Below, one piece after another: positions 1 through 9,849 of a stretch of 33,921 nt of DNA. The stretch spans positions 1-33,921 of the forward strand of contig LXFE01000507.1 in the NCBI GenBank assembly GCA_001929475.1. Direction: 5' to 3'. How positions within the stretch are numbered: position 1 is the stretch's first letter; the number at the start of each line of letters is the position of its first letter. The DNA comes from Neolecta irregularis DAH-3. Lineage: Eukaryota. Position numbers and translations under genes: made by a program. Under the pieces are notes generated by a model. It was not told where the DNA came from. It saw only the letters and a list, made by a program, of their open reading frames with translations, and ran no database searches.

Positions 1-1437
1 GGCTCCCGCGCCCGCCGCAACACCGGCAGACGCAGCATTCTATGCAGCCCGCGCCTCAGATCCCCGCAGACAGCCTCAGCCGCCCTTCCCCCCTGCTCTC
101 TCCTCAGAACTCCCAAACCCGCAGGCCCACATGCCCAGAGTCAACATGAAGGAAGATGGGTATGTAGTTTCTTCACCGCCTAGTCTAGCTTCCTATTTCC
201 ACAGGATAGCTTCCCTTATCTACAGGATAGCCTCCTATAGCTACAGGATAGTTACATACCAGTACCTCAGTAGCTCAACATACTCTTATCTGACTTCTCT
301 GTTCTGCCTTCTCCACCACTGCAGCTGACTCGTGGTGTAGGAAAATGTTCATAGGCGGCCTCAACTGGGAAACCTCAGACGGTACCCTCCCATTGCTGCT
401 ACACGTTAAACACAAAGACTCCCTCAAAAACTACTTTTCCCAGTATGGAGACGTCGCAGAGTGCACAGTCATGCGCGACGGCGCTACAGGCAGATCCAGA
501 GGCTTCGGCTTCCTCACCTTCAAGGACCCCAAATGCGTAAACACAGTAATGGTCAAGGAACACTACCTGGACGGAAAAATTGTACGCCCCCTTTCTCTTC
601 TCCCCTCACCCAAGATCGACCCAAAACGTGCAATCCCCAGAGAAGAACAAGACAAAACTTCAAAAATATTCGTCGGCGGTGTCTCCCAAGAATGCACGGA
701 CTCCGACTTTCGTGAATACTTTGCCCAATTCGGCCGCGTCCTCGATGCTACTCTTATGATGGACAAAGACACTGGACGACCCCGAGGCTTTGGATTCGTT
801 ACCTTTGAATCAGACGCCGCTGTAGAAAACGCTCTCGCACAACCAGTTTTGATGATTAAAGAGAAACAGGTAGAATTTCAAATTTTTGCTTTCTTACTCT
901 TAGATTGAAGTAAAACGAGCTACCCCGAAAGGTGGCCCAAGTTTTGGCTCTTCCCGCAACGATTTTGGAAACGATGCATACAACTCATACAATCAAGCCC
1001 CGCAACAGCAATTCGCTCAGTCTCAACACAACTATTACAATGGAATGAGCCCCGCCGCCATGGCTCAATACTATCGGCAAATGCAGCAATACTATTCTGC
1101 ATTCCAGCAACAGATGGGCCGTGGTATGGCCAGACCCATGATGATGCCCGGTATGCCCACCGCCATAAACATGCAGGGGATGAACCCGGCCATGATGGGT
1201 TATGGACAACAACAAGCCGCAGACCAACAGTACTCTATGCCCGATTCCACTGACCAATGGGCAAATAACGGCAGCGTTAAATCAGACGAGGATATATCCA
1301 AAGTCCCCGCTAATGCCCCAAAAGGTCCTGCAGGAGGTTCGAGTGTCGGACGTGGTTCTTTTCGTGGACGGGGAAATTTCAGAGGTGCAGGTAGAGGCGC
1401 CCCAGGCGGAGCGAGATTTAATCCCTACGGTCGGTAA
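1..1437 (+). CDS. HRP1: Hrp1/Musashi-like hnRNP with two RRMs (cleavage factor IB type); the 5' end lies upstream of the window
   Basis: Spliced product reads KEDG|KMFIGGLNWETSD|SLKNYFSQYG..RSRGFGFLTF..DGKI|IDPKRAIPREEQDKTSKIFVGGV..RPRGFGFVTF, followed by a Q/M/G-rich tail, RGG repeats and a PY-NLS-like end (RFNPYGR*). Introns are 160-340, 382-417, 582-614 and 870-903. The frame is open from base 2. Confidence 0.92.
186..253 (+). repeat. About 3.2 copies of a 21-bp tandem repeat in hrp1 intron 1
   Basis: tagcttcctatttccacagga / tagcttcccttatctacagga / tagcctcctatagctacagga / tagtt. Confidence 0.9.
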
Positions 1438-1492
1438 ATTGTAAGCTATTCAATGAGACTCGAGCGCGTCTATAAATTCTCAATTTTTGAAC

Positions 1493-3651
1493 CTAAATAG
1501 ATTTATCTACACGTTGACCCTTTGTGCGCGCCGGGAAATACTCCACCCAACCCGCTCTATTACTCCCAAAAGACAAACTAGACGGATTAATTGTATGGCA
1601 TCCTCCATAGGTAATTTCAAACGATGGACAGTCTGCATCAGCGACAATAAGCTACATGTGAGATTCTTCCACACTGCAAGACATACAGCTGTTGGCAACG
1701 GGAACAATCGAAGCGTATAATCAAAATCCCATAGCACAGGCTTAATGCTCACGTGAAATGGCGAAAGATGCCCTTGATCAAGAATCGTTCGTACAAGCTG
1801 ACATTAGCCAAACGATTATACTGAATGAAACCACATTTCTGGCAGCTTTGACATCATCAGGTATATCATCTTGATCTGGCGGTGGACGATACGAATCATC
1901 GCCTTGTTCCTGTTCTTTTACAGCAGGTTTGAAAACCATACTATTTCTTCTCAAACGAGATAGCACATCGTCCCTGAATATCACAATATCTTGTGTAAAA
2001 TATGATATTCTGTAATGTCAAAGAATTATTCCAGGGAAACGCCTACCGACAAGGATTACTAGCGAAAACACAGTCCTTGCAGACTCTCCTTACGCGGTTT
2101 ATAAATACGCTAGGAATTTCCTTTCGAGGTAGGTATAAAGATGACGTCCAAGGATCGTTTGGCCCGGGTATGAATACCCATTTACAACCCCGAGCTAGAT
2201 GAGGAAAAGAATCAATCAGTGTAGCGAGAGCATTCCAGCGCTCTTATATCAGCCCGTATATGGAATAAGAGTACCTTTATACTGTGCAGAAAACCCGTTT
2301 GTGTGAAAGAGATTCGACATAAAGTTCCCGCAAAGGATAAACGCCAGTGGACATTCAATTGTCGTCCCGTTGTAATGCTCAAACATGTTCTTCAAAGCAT
2401 TCATAGTCTTTGATCAGCAGAAATTTTGAATCTGTATATACTTTTGCATCGTCCAATTTGACATCACTAGCCACGACAATCTTTGCATTCTCAAAATGGT
2501 GTTCCGCGCGACGGAGATATTTCTCTGTTTCCCGTTCGCCGTGCTGTAAACCGAGAAAATCTATATGGCCATAAATTTCTTTTGAAAGTTGTCTTCTTTC
2601 AACAGGTGGATGTCCCAATGTGAGGACTCGAAACCGACCATCAGAAGCAAAAGTACCGTCTACAAGAACAAAACATCCTGGTGCGAACCATCCATCGCCT
2701 GAAACCTTAAAGTCAGCGGGACCGATACGTGTACAACGCGTGCCGCTTCCGACATGTCTAGTTTTACAGTATCATCTACATCCTCAAGGTATAAATGTCC
2801 CTGTGGAGCAATCGCCAGCATCCCAAATAACATAAATGACTGCCCTGCCCGACCAAGAAGATTCTTGATCGATGTAATCTCGTACCAGTCAGTCTATTTA
2901 GAACAAAAATCTGCTGTACCTTGTGATAATCTTTTCCCTGCGATATTTGACTCCCGGAAAACGAAGGCGCCTGAAATGCTTCATTCCTTAAAAGTCTCTG
3001 CTTGAGCACAAAATACCGCTCTCGAAAGAACCCAGGTTTATGTGACGCGGCGGCGGCAACTATACACGGAGGTTCAAGTGATCTTGTATAAGGATGAAAT
3101 ACAAGAATGAAATAAACGTACTTTTCAAATGTTTTTCGATGGGGATTGAATACCCATTTGGGCTGGTTGAATGCATCTATTACGACAAGATATTTCGCGG
3201 GATCGATGTCGACTGCCTTTGACTGTGGGATATCAAGTGACTCTACATCATCTTTTTTGTTTTTAGTAGATACGGATTTGATGGTATGAGGAACATCTAT
3301 ATCTCTCAAAATGGGCACGAGTTTGTCTTCCGAGACTAGTGGATTCGATTCTTGCGTGAGTCTAGGTCATTGAAAGATACAAATACCTTCTCGTTTTCCC
3401 CATATTCGAGCAATTTCATCCAACCTTGGTTCTGCAGTTGTCCTCCATTCGACACCACATCTCTGTCCGACCCATTCGGCCAGTAGTTTTAAGGCGTCGC
3501 TTTTTAATGTGAGATTATGCTTCTTTGTGAAGATTCTGAATGCGATGGGGCGAAGTTGTGCGGGTAAAAGTTGGACTGGAAGAACTTTTGGAATCACATT
3601 TGAACCGTTTCTCTTGCGTTTTGTGCCAAATATTGGTGCAATTGCAGTCAT
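1493..3651 (-). CDS. DPB2: DNA polymerase epsilon subunit B, 9 introns
   Basis: Motifs include [95 protein letters not shown] and [33 protein letters not shown] is at 3651; the stop at 1495-1493 is reached after a final 35-nt intron. Confidence 0.95.
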
Positions 3652-3662
3652 CGGCGTTTGGA

Positions 3663-3719
3663 GTGAGATCGCCTAAAATTGAACGTCTATTAATTGTGAG
3701 ATCACGCCAAATTGGACGT
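3663..3719. promoter_or_regulatory. Duplicated 24-bp element in the 81-bp divergent dpb2/NASP promoter
   Basis: GTGAGATCgcctaAAATTGaACGT (3663-3686) and GTGAGATCacgccAAATTGgACGT (3696-3719) are 19/24 identical. A regulatory role is inferred from position. Confidence 0.55.
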
Positions 3720-3732
3720 TGCTTCCTCGACA

Positions 3733-4979
3733 ATGGCCGAGCAACTCGTCGCCCAAGGATGCAAAGCATTTGCACTCAAGAAATACGACGACGCTGCAGA
3801 TATACTTGCGCAGGCTGTAGAAGCTGTGTATGTACATTATACTGTAGAGCATGTGCTTATTTTATTCAAGAATAAAGACAAACGGCGAAGACAGCGCAGA
3901 TAATGCGGATACTTTGTTACTCTACGGCAAAGCGCTCTTTGAAGTCGCCCGGCAAAAGAGCCAAGTTCTCGGAGGCGGTTCACCTAGCGATCATGAAGAC
4001 GGTGCGTTTTTATTAAGAATCTCAGACTTAAAAATAGAAGCGGCCCAAGATTCCCTATCCAAGGTTGCGCTTCCTGATTCTACCCAAGATCCTAGGTTCC
4101 ATTTCGAAGGGGACGTTGAGAGCAACGAGGATGAGAATGATGAAGACCCGGAACAAGAAGACAACGGCGAAGAAGACTTCACGCTCTGCTGGGAGACTCT
4201 CGATTATGCACGCGTCCTCTACGAAAAGAAAACGGACCACCAACAACTCAAGGGAGATAATGAAGGATTGAAGGCTACAAAATGGAAATTGGCAGATGTA
4301 TTTGATCTCCTCGGCGAAGTATCATTGGAAAGCGGTATCCACTCGTTTACCACCCCTACTCATCCCTAGAAAACTTTGAGCAGGCAATCACCGATCTTCA
4401 AAAATCCCTGGAATTCAAAAAAGAATTACATTCTGGACATAGCAATATTCTCTCAGAGGCATATTTCAAATTGGCTCTGGCGTACGAACACTCGCCGAAC
4501 GAGGCTGATCGCCCGGAAGCCATTGCCAACATTGAACATGCCATAAACACCGTAAAGACATTTATAAAACTCGAGGAGGAAAAGCATGGTCTTGACGCCA
4601 AAGGAAAGGATAAAGAGGTCCAAGCAATTACTGAAGGGAAAGAAATGGTCACGATGATGGAGCAAAAGGTGCCGTATATCACTGCGATGTATACTAATTG
4701 CAGCTCGCCGAGTTACAGCAACCTCCAGATTCCAAGGTAACTCAGACCCTCAGGGATCTTCTCGCCCAAAGCGGAGGCGCTTCTCTTAGAGAAGGCGTCG
4801 AAGCGCTAATTGGAAGCGCCAACGATCTATCTGGCCTTGTCCGGAAGAAGACGGAAACTGCAAAGGAAGTCGTGGAAAATGCAACACTAAGCAAGCGAAA
4901 AGAAATCGAGGAGCAAGAAATTCCTGCATCTCCGACCAAACGGGTTCGATTGGAGACTGTCCCGGAGAAAGATGGTTAA
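3733..4979 (+). CDS. sim3: NASP/Sim3/Hif1-family (SHNi-TPR) histone chaperone, 4 introns
   Basis: TPR helices (LLLYGKALFEVA; DFTLCWETLDYARVLY; LADVFDLLGEVSLES|ENFEQAITDL) with an acidic insertion, then a C-terminal ANDLSGLVRKK and basic NLS-like tail. ATG at 3733. Confidence 0.88.
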
Positions 4980-5138
4980 ACAGCGATATGTATTGACAGA
5001 GGAGTTTCCCTTTGTATCTATATTGAGAGCAGCCAGGCGTAAAATACCAAAATTCAGGCTTATTCTAGTTTTATTTATATGTTTTATATGTTTTCTAGCA
5101 AAAGCGACAACCAGGAAAAAAGACCCAAGATATTACTG

Positions 5139-5213
5139 ATCCCAGAGATTTAACTAAGAATGTATTTGCAGATGTTCCCACACGGGTGTTAATTTAGTTA
5201 GCATCTCAGGGAT
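5139..5213. repeat. Imperfect inverted repeat (about 75-nt hairpin) between NASP and mpe1
   Basis: ATCCCaGAGATtTAACTAA (5139-5157) matches the reverse complement of 5194-5213, ATCCCtGAGATgcTAACTAA. Confidence 0.6.
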
Positions 5214-5524
5214 GGTCCAGCTCCTTCCGTACGCAAAAGTAATACGACTCGACTTGTATCTATAATAGTGTTGTCTCATCAAAAGCACTTGCAAATACTA
5301 AACTGTGGATTACCGTAAACAGGAAAGAGTGGCGATTATGGAGCGACTCGGGTTTTTGGCAACTGCACCTCTTCATTCCAGCCACCTTCCTCCTCCCTGT
5401 CTTTGAGATCAGCAAGTTTGCTCTGCTGTTTTGTGTCTGTTTGTGAACAGTCTGTGTCCCTTGGTCAGAATAAACCAGAGAATTTGTATTCCTGCTTCTT
5501 TCTACATTCTGTTTTACTGCTGCG

Positions 5525-7023
5525 ATGTCCTCTCAAGTCTACTACAAATTCAAGTCGTCCAAAGAGCCTTCGCGCGTCGTCTTTGACGGCTCCAGCATCT
5601 CTGTTTTTGACTTGAAACGTGAAATTATAATTGCAAATAAGCTTGGAACTGGCACAGAATTCGACCTGGCAATATATGACGATTCGACAAATCAGGGTAA
5701 CCTTTTGATGATATCAGTGCCCTATGCTAACCGTGAGAATTTGCGGATGACACCGCGTTCATATCCCGATCCACTTCTGTGACAGTTAGGAGACTTCCTG
5801 CTTTACGCCCTGGAAAAGGCACTGCTGCGAGGTATGTTAGTGGCATCGCCTCGACCCATAGCAACCGTCGCTTAGAATTTGCAAAGAAGGATGTCAAAAA
5901 GGAAATTCCTGTACGTATACTTTATGATCGAGTTTTGATAGATTGCCAGATTCCTAATACTGACCCCATCGGAGAAGACAACCTGTCGGCGTTTTTTAGC
6001 GCATCTTCTAACCAGTGGGAACAAACCCAGGAAAATCTTGCTTCACAGAAAAAGATCTTTTATTCAAAAAAGGCAAATCAGAATGCAAACGTCCCTGATA
6101 AACCTACTCCATCTGGTTATATTTGTTACCGATGCGGCGAGAAGGGTCATTGGATCCAGGCTTGCCCCACAAATGAAGACCCAAACTTCGACAAACGCCA
6201 GATTAAACGTACAACTGGAATCCCCAAGGCTTTTCTCAAGACAATCGAGAAGCCAGCTGAAGGGGGGAATGTGATGGTTAACGCAGATGGAGAATATGTT
6301 GTTGCTCGACCTGACGAGTATGTTTTATCATCATAATATGCTAATAATAGGTCTTCGTGGGAAACATATAGAGCAAAGACAACGGCGGCTTCGGCCTTTC
6401 AGAAACCAACAGATCCAGCGCTTGTATGCGGAATCTGTTCAAAACTCGTAGTTCAAGCTGTTCGAACGCCTTGTTGTGATAGTGTATATTGTGAAGAATG
6501 TATTCATTCCTCTTTATTCGAGAACGATTTCACTTGCCCTGGTTGTTTAGCCAGGGATATTCTTCTCGACGTGTTAAAAGTTGACGATGATATTCGAAAG
6601 CGTGCGGAAGAATATGCTCAAGCGCATTCTGTAGAGGTAGAGTTTTCCTGCGCACGCATTGTAAGCTTATCAAAGGTTCCTCAAGATTCGAAATCTCCCG
6701 AACCCGTTAGTAAAAAGCGCCCTGCTCCCGTCGATGAATCTTATCCAGACCCAAATATTCAAGCTTTTCCACCTTTTGGAGTTCCATTGATGATGCCCAT
6801 GATGCCAGGTATAGGAATGCCTCCTCCAATGATGCCAGGCATGACATTCTCGCCTCAATTCATGATGATGCCGGGCTACGGTAATTTCAATAATCCCTTT
6901 ATGCAATTTCCCAATCAGCAACCATATACCTCGGAAGATGATAGCCCGTATATGCGAAAACCAGTGAATGACCGACAACGCGCGAAGAGAGCGCGGCCAA
7001 GTGATTATCGTCAGGTTATGTGA
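5525..7023 (+). CDS. MPE1: Mpe1/RBBP6 cleavage-polyadenylation factor (DWNN ubiquitin-like domain, zinc knuckle, RING), 4 introns
   Basis: MSSQVYYKFKSSKE..ISVFDLKREII (DWNN); YICYRCGEKGHWIQACPTN..IKRTTGIPK (knuckle); CGIC..RTPCC..YCEECI..CPGC (RING); C-terminal RPSDYR. Confidence 0.93.
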
Positions 7024-7292
7024 GCTGAAAAACTGGTCAGATAGGTAGGATAATTTAGTCATAGTCCCTTTCTGTACAGTTATGCATTCAGGTTAGGTAA
7101 TATACCGCATTTCCACTACAATTCTATCCGCGTGTGTGTCGAGCAATAGTTGAACAATGAGCAGGAAAAGACATGGGATCTCAAGGAGGAAACTATTTTG
7201 ATGAATTTAGTAGAATGAAGCCTTATTGGACTAGTAGGTTCTCGGATAGAAATCCTATAGGGATCACTCTGCGGACTATATTTTGATTTACA

Positions 7293-7652
7293 TTAATCCT
7301 GAATTTCTCCACTCTTCAAAGCCCGAGCTCCTTCAATCAACTCTGGCTTTTGTAATATCTTCCCTTCCATCATTTTGATATCAGCTTTGATCCGAGTTTT
7401 CAAATTTCGCACATATTTATGTCCAGTTGCCTCTTCGGTATTTGGGCTGATGCTGACATGCGATTCGATAGTTGCGTCAGCCTTTGCGTCTTTAGTTGGC
7501 AATGTGGTATTACGTTCGGATGAGAATGGTTCTTTAAACCCAGTATCATGCTCAGTCCTGGATCGTGCGTCATGTGCGGAGGAACTGTCACTTGCGATTA
7601 TCATATCTGTTTGCTTATTTGAGTCAAGCGTGGTTTCTGGACCAGGTGTCAT
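7293..7652 (-). CDS. Small hydrophilic hypothetical protein (119 aa), probably with a 5'UTR intron at 7703-7658
   Basis: ATG-initiated ORF with an S/T/D/E-rich N-terminus and an amphipathic basic C-terminal helix (LKTRIKADIKMMEGKILQKPELIEGARALKSGE). AAG|GTAACC..TAAC..CCAG ends 5 nt before the ATG. Confidence 0.55.
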   Translation of the reverse strand: MTPGPETTLDSNKQTDMIIASDSSSAHDARSRTEHDTGFKEPFSSERNTTLPTKDAKADATIESHVSISPNTEEATGHKYVRNLKTRIKADIKMMEGKILQKPELIEGARALKSGEIQD

Positions 7653-7826
7653 TTAGCCTGGAGTAGGGCAAAGAGTTACTAGTAACCAACAATACAAGGT
7701 TACCTTGCGGTCTTCCTCAAGATGAAGCCAAATGTATGAATAAAGTTATTGATTGCAATTTGAATGAGCAATAGAAGAAAAAAATACATTATCGCTATCC
7801 CCATAGCATACATGAATGCAGCCACA

Positions 7827-8467
7827 TCAGAGCTCTATGCCAAGGAATACGAAGTTCTCTGACTCCTGGGCTGGTTTTTTTATCAACTCGAATCCAATCC
7901 AGCGGAGATCCTTTATCAAGCATCCTAGACATATTAGCTAGCTCTTGAGGGCCGAGACATACGAAGATCATCACGTTGGCGGTCCACACAAAGGATGAGA
8001 TGCTCGCAAGCAAAATAGTCAGCCGCCAACTCTGAAACGGCGATCAAGCCTTCTCTGAGATGTATGTCTGCAACTACTGAATCGACGCAAAGATGGAAAA
8101 AAGAATGCACGACGAAGGCATTCCACGTCACGCCATAGGCGTCTTGGATGACCAGTTTTTTGAGTTTTGAATGATGACAGGGGAATATTAAACGGCCGGA
8201 AAAAAGAGAAGAGGTCGCGCCTTCAAGTCCTAGAGATCTGTCACCTCTCCAGGATGAAGGATACGACGCCTCGCCGGTAGACGACGAGGACTTTTGGCCG
8301 GTGGCCTGCGGGATCAGCGATGCGATGGGATTTGCGGTACCGCCTCAGGGCCACCACTTGAGCGCGCAGTTGCCGGTACTGGAAGACAGAGAAGACTGCG
8401 CGGTACAAGACGAAGCGGTACTGAACAAGCTGCTGCTAAGACTGGCGGGAGAGAAGTTATTCGCCAT
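7827..8467 (-). CDS. OAZ1: Ornithine decarboxylase antizyme; needs a +1 programmed frameshift at CCC-TGA (8350-8345); introns 8340-8306 and 7962-7925
   Basis: ORF1 is 40 aa and ends ..CALKWWP-TGA. The spliced +1 frame gives ..TWNAFV..LREGLIAVSELAADYFACEHLILCVDRQRDDLRCLIKDLRWIGFEL..ENFVFLGIEL*, the fungal antizyme signature (S. pombe spa1 orthologue). Confidence 0.92.
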
Positions 8468-8616
8468 GCGGTGGATCAGCGAAAGGATGAAAGCGGGTGG
8501 CGAGTAATTATGTCGCAAATCGTGGTGGTAACGCCACGACCCCCACGGGCGGAACAATCTGCTCATGTGACCACTTGGCCCAGGTGCCACTCCACCAATT
8601 TTTGTTGTTTCTCGCG

Positions 8617-9591
8617 ATGCACAAGCACCATCACCATGCAGGCGAGCACCCATACTGCGAACTTCTCGGAAATTTTTCTCTTTTTATCCAGGTATGTTGT
8701 TTAATTGCCACTCTATTGACTGGGCTGAGGCATCGCTGGGCCTCCTCGCATGTGCGGCTTTGTTGATCAAGCGAAAGCTCGAACAGCCTCCTCGGCCCTG
8801 GAAAACATGGTATCCACTTCCCGTGCATCCAACATCCTCATAGACCTTCAGGGTGTTTGATGTCTCGAAGCAGATATTTGGCTCCATCGTCGTGCATTTC
8901 GTCAATATTGGAATCTCGACATTTGCAGGAGTCGCAAACTACTCCAACCCCTGTGTTTGGTACGTCCTACATTTGTCGCAATGCGTCGCTTATTTCCAAA
9001 GGTACTTTCTAAATGTACTCGTAGATACCACTATTGGCGTCGTCATTCTGTGGTTCTGGTTAATAGTTCTTTCCAAAGTGAGTAGATTCTTCCAATGGAA
9101 AGGCACTCGGTCCGGCGATTATGGGGATATCAAGGGACATCCAAAGGCATTCATGATAACTCCCCCACGTTTTACTCATAGAATAGATATCTTTCTGGTT
9201 TCGTCAGACAGCATTATACACCCTGACCTTGCTCCTTATGAAGCTTGTAATTTCGTTGGCATTTTACTTGATGCCATATCTTGACCGCATGGGTACCTGG
9301 ATGATAAGTTGGACACAAGGCCACCGCAAGCTGCAAATCTTCTTTGTCGTGTTTGCATTCCCTTTGGTGGTATATTGCCTATCTTTTCCCATGGCTCACA
9401 AGTTTAAGATGAATGTCATTCAGTTATGGTGTATCGACAATATCATCATGTTCAAACATCATGATGTAGGCATATTCAATGAGACAGAGTGTCTTGTTGA
9501 CGGAACTCGCATCGAAAGACATCCTGATCTCGTCCATTCTAGATCTGCATCCCCCGTTCCCGAGCTTGATCTTCTTCATCCACCGGAATAG
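8617..9591 (+). CDS. YPL162C/STIMATE(TMEM110)-family multi-pass (vacuolar) membrane protein, 5 introns
   Basis: Spliced: CELLGNFSLFIQ|ASLGLLACAALLIKRKLEQPPRPWKTW|VFDVSKQIFGSIVVHFVN..NPCVW|YFLNVLVDTTIGV..SGDYG..PK|ISFWFRQ..KLQIFFVVFAFPLV|MNVIQLWCIDNII. Confidence 0.85.
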
Positions 9592-9849
9592 TTTATTCAT
9601 TATTGTCAGATATATTAGTTCAAAATTCGGTACTTGTTTGGTTAGAGTTGTGGCGTCGTGGTTCTATAATTGTTTTTGGGAAAATCAACCTCGCATAGTC
9701 ATCAGAGCAAATTATTATCTTGGATCAAGCCATCTCATAACCGTGATTACAATGATCCAACTAGAAGCACACAAAATAAACTCGTCAGATAGAAAGAAAC
9801 CAAAAAGAAATCTCGGATCAGATTTATTTCTTCAAATTATTTTGCCGTA

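Noticed and set aside
131-328. 65-aa ORF with (Y/H)RIAS repeats as a separate gene
   Set aside because: It is the hrp1 exon reading into intron 1; the peptide repeat only reflects the 21-bp DNA repeat.
8345-8347. In-frame TGA as selenocysteine or as a pseudogene lesion
   Set aside because: The context (KWWP-UGA before an antizyme domain) matches the known frameshift site; no SECIS was seen and Dikarya lack the Sec machinery.
8468-8653. In-frame upstream ATGs extending antizyme ORF1 to 102 aa
   Set aside because: The extension crosses the divergent promoter and the neighbour's start codon; ATG 8467 gives a plausible short ORF1.
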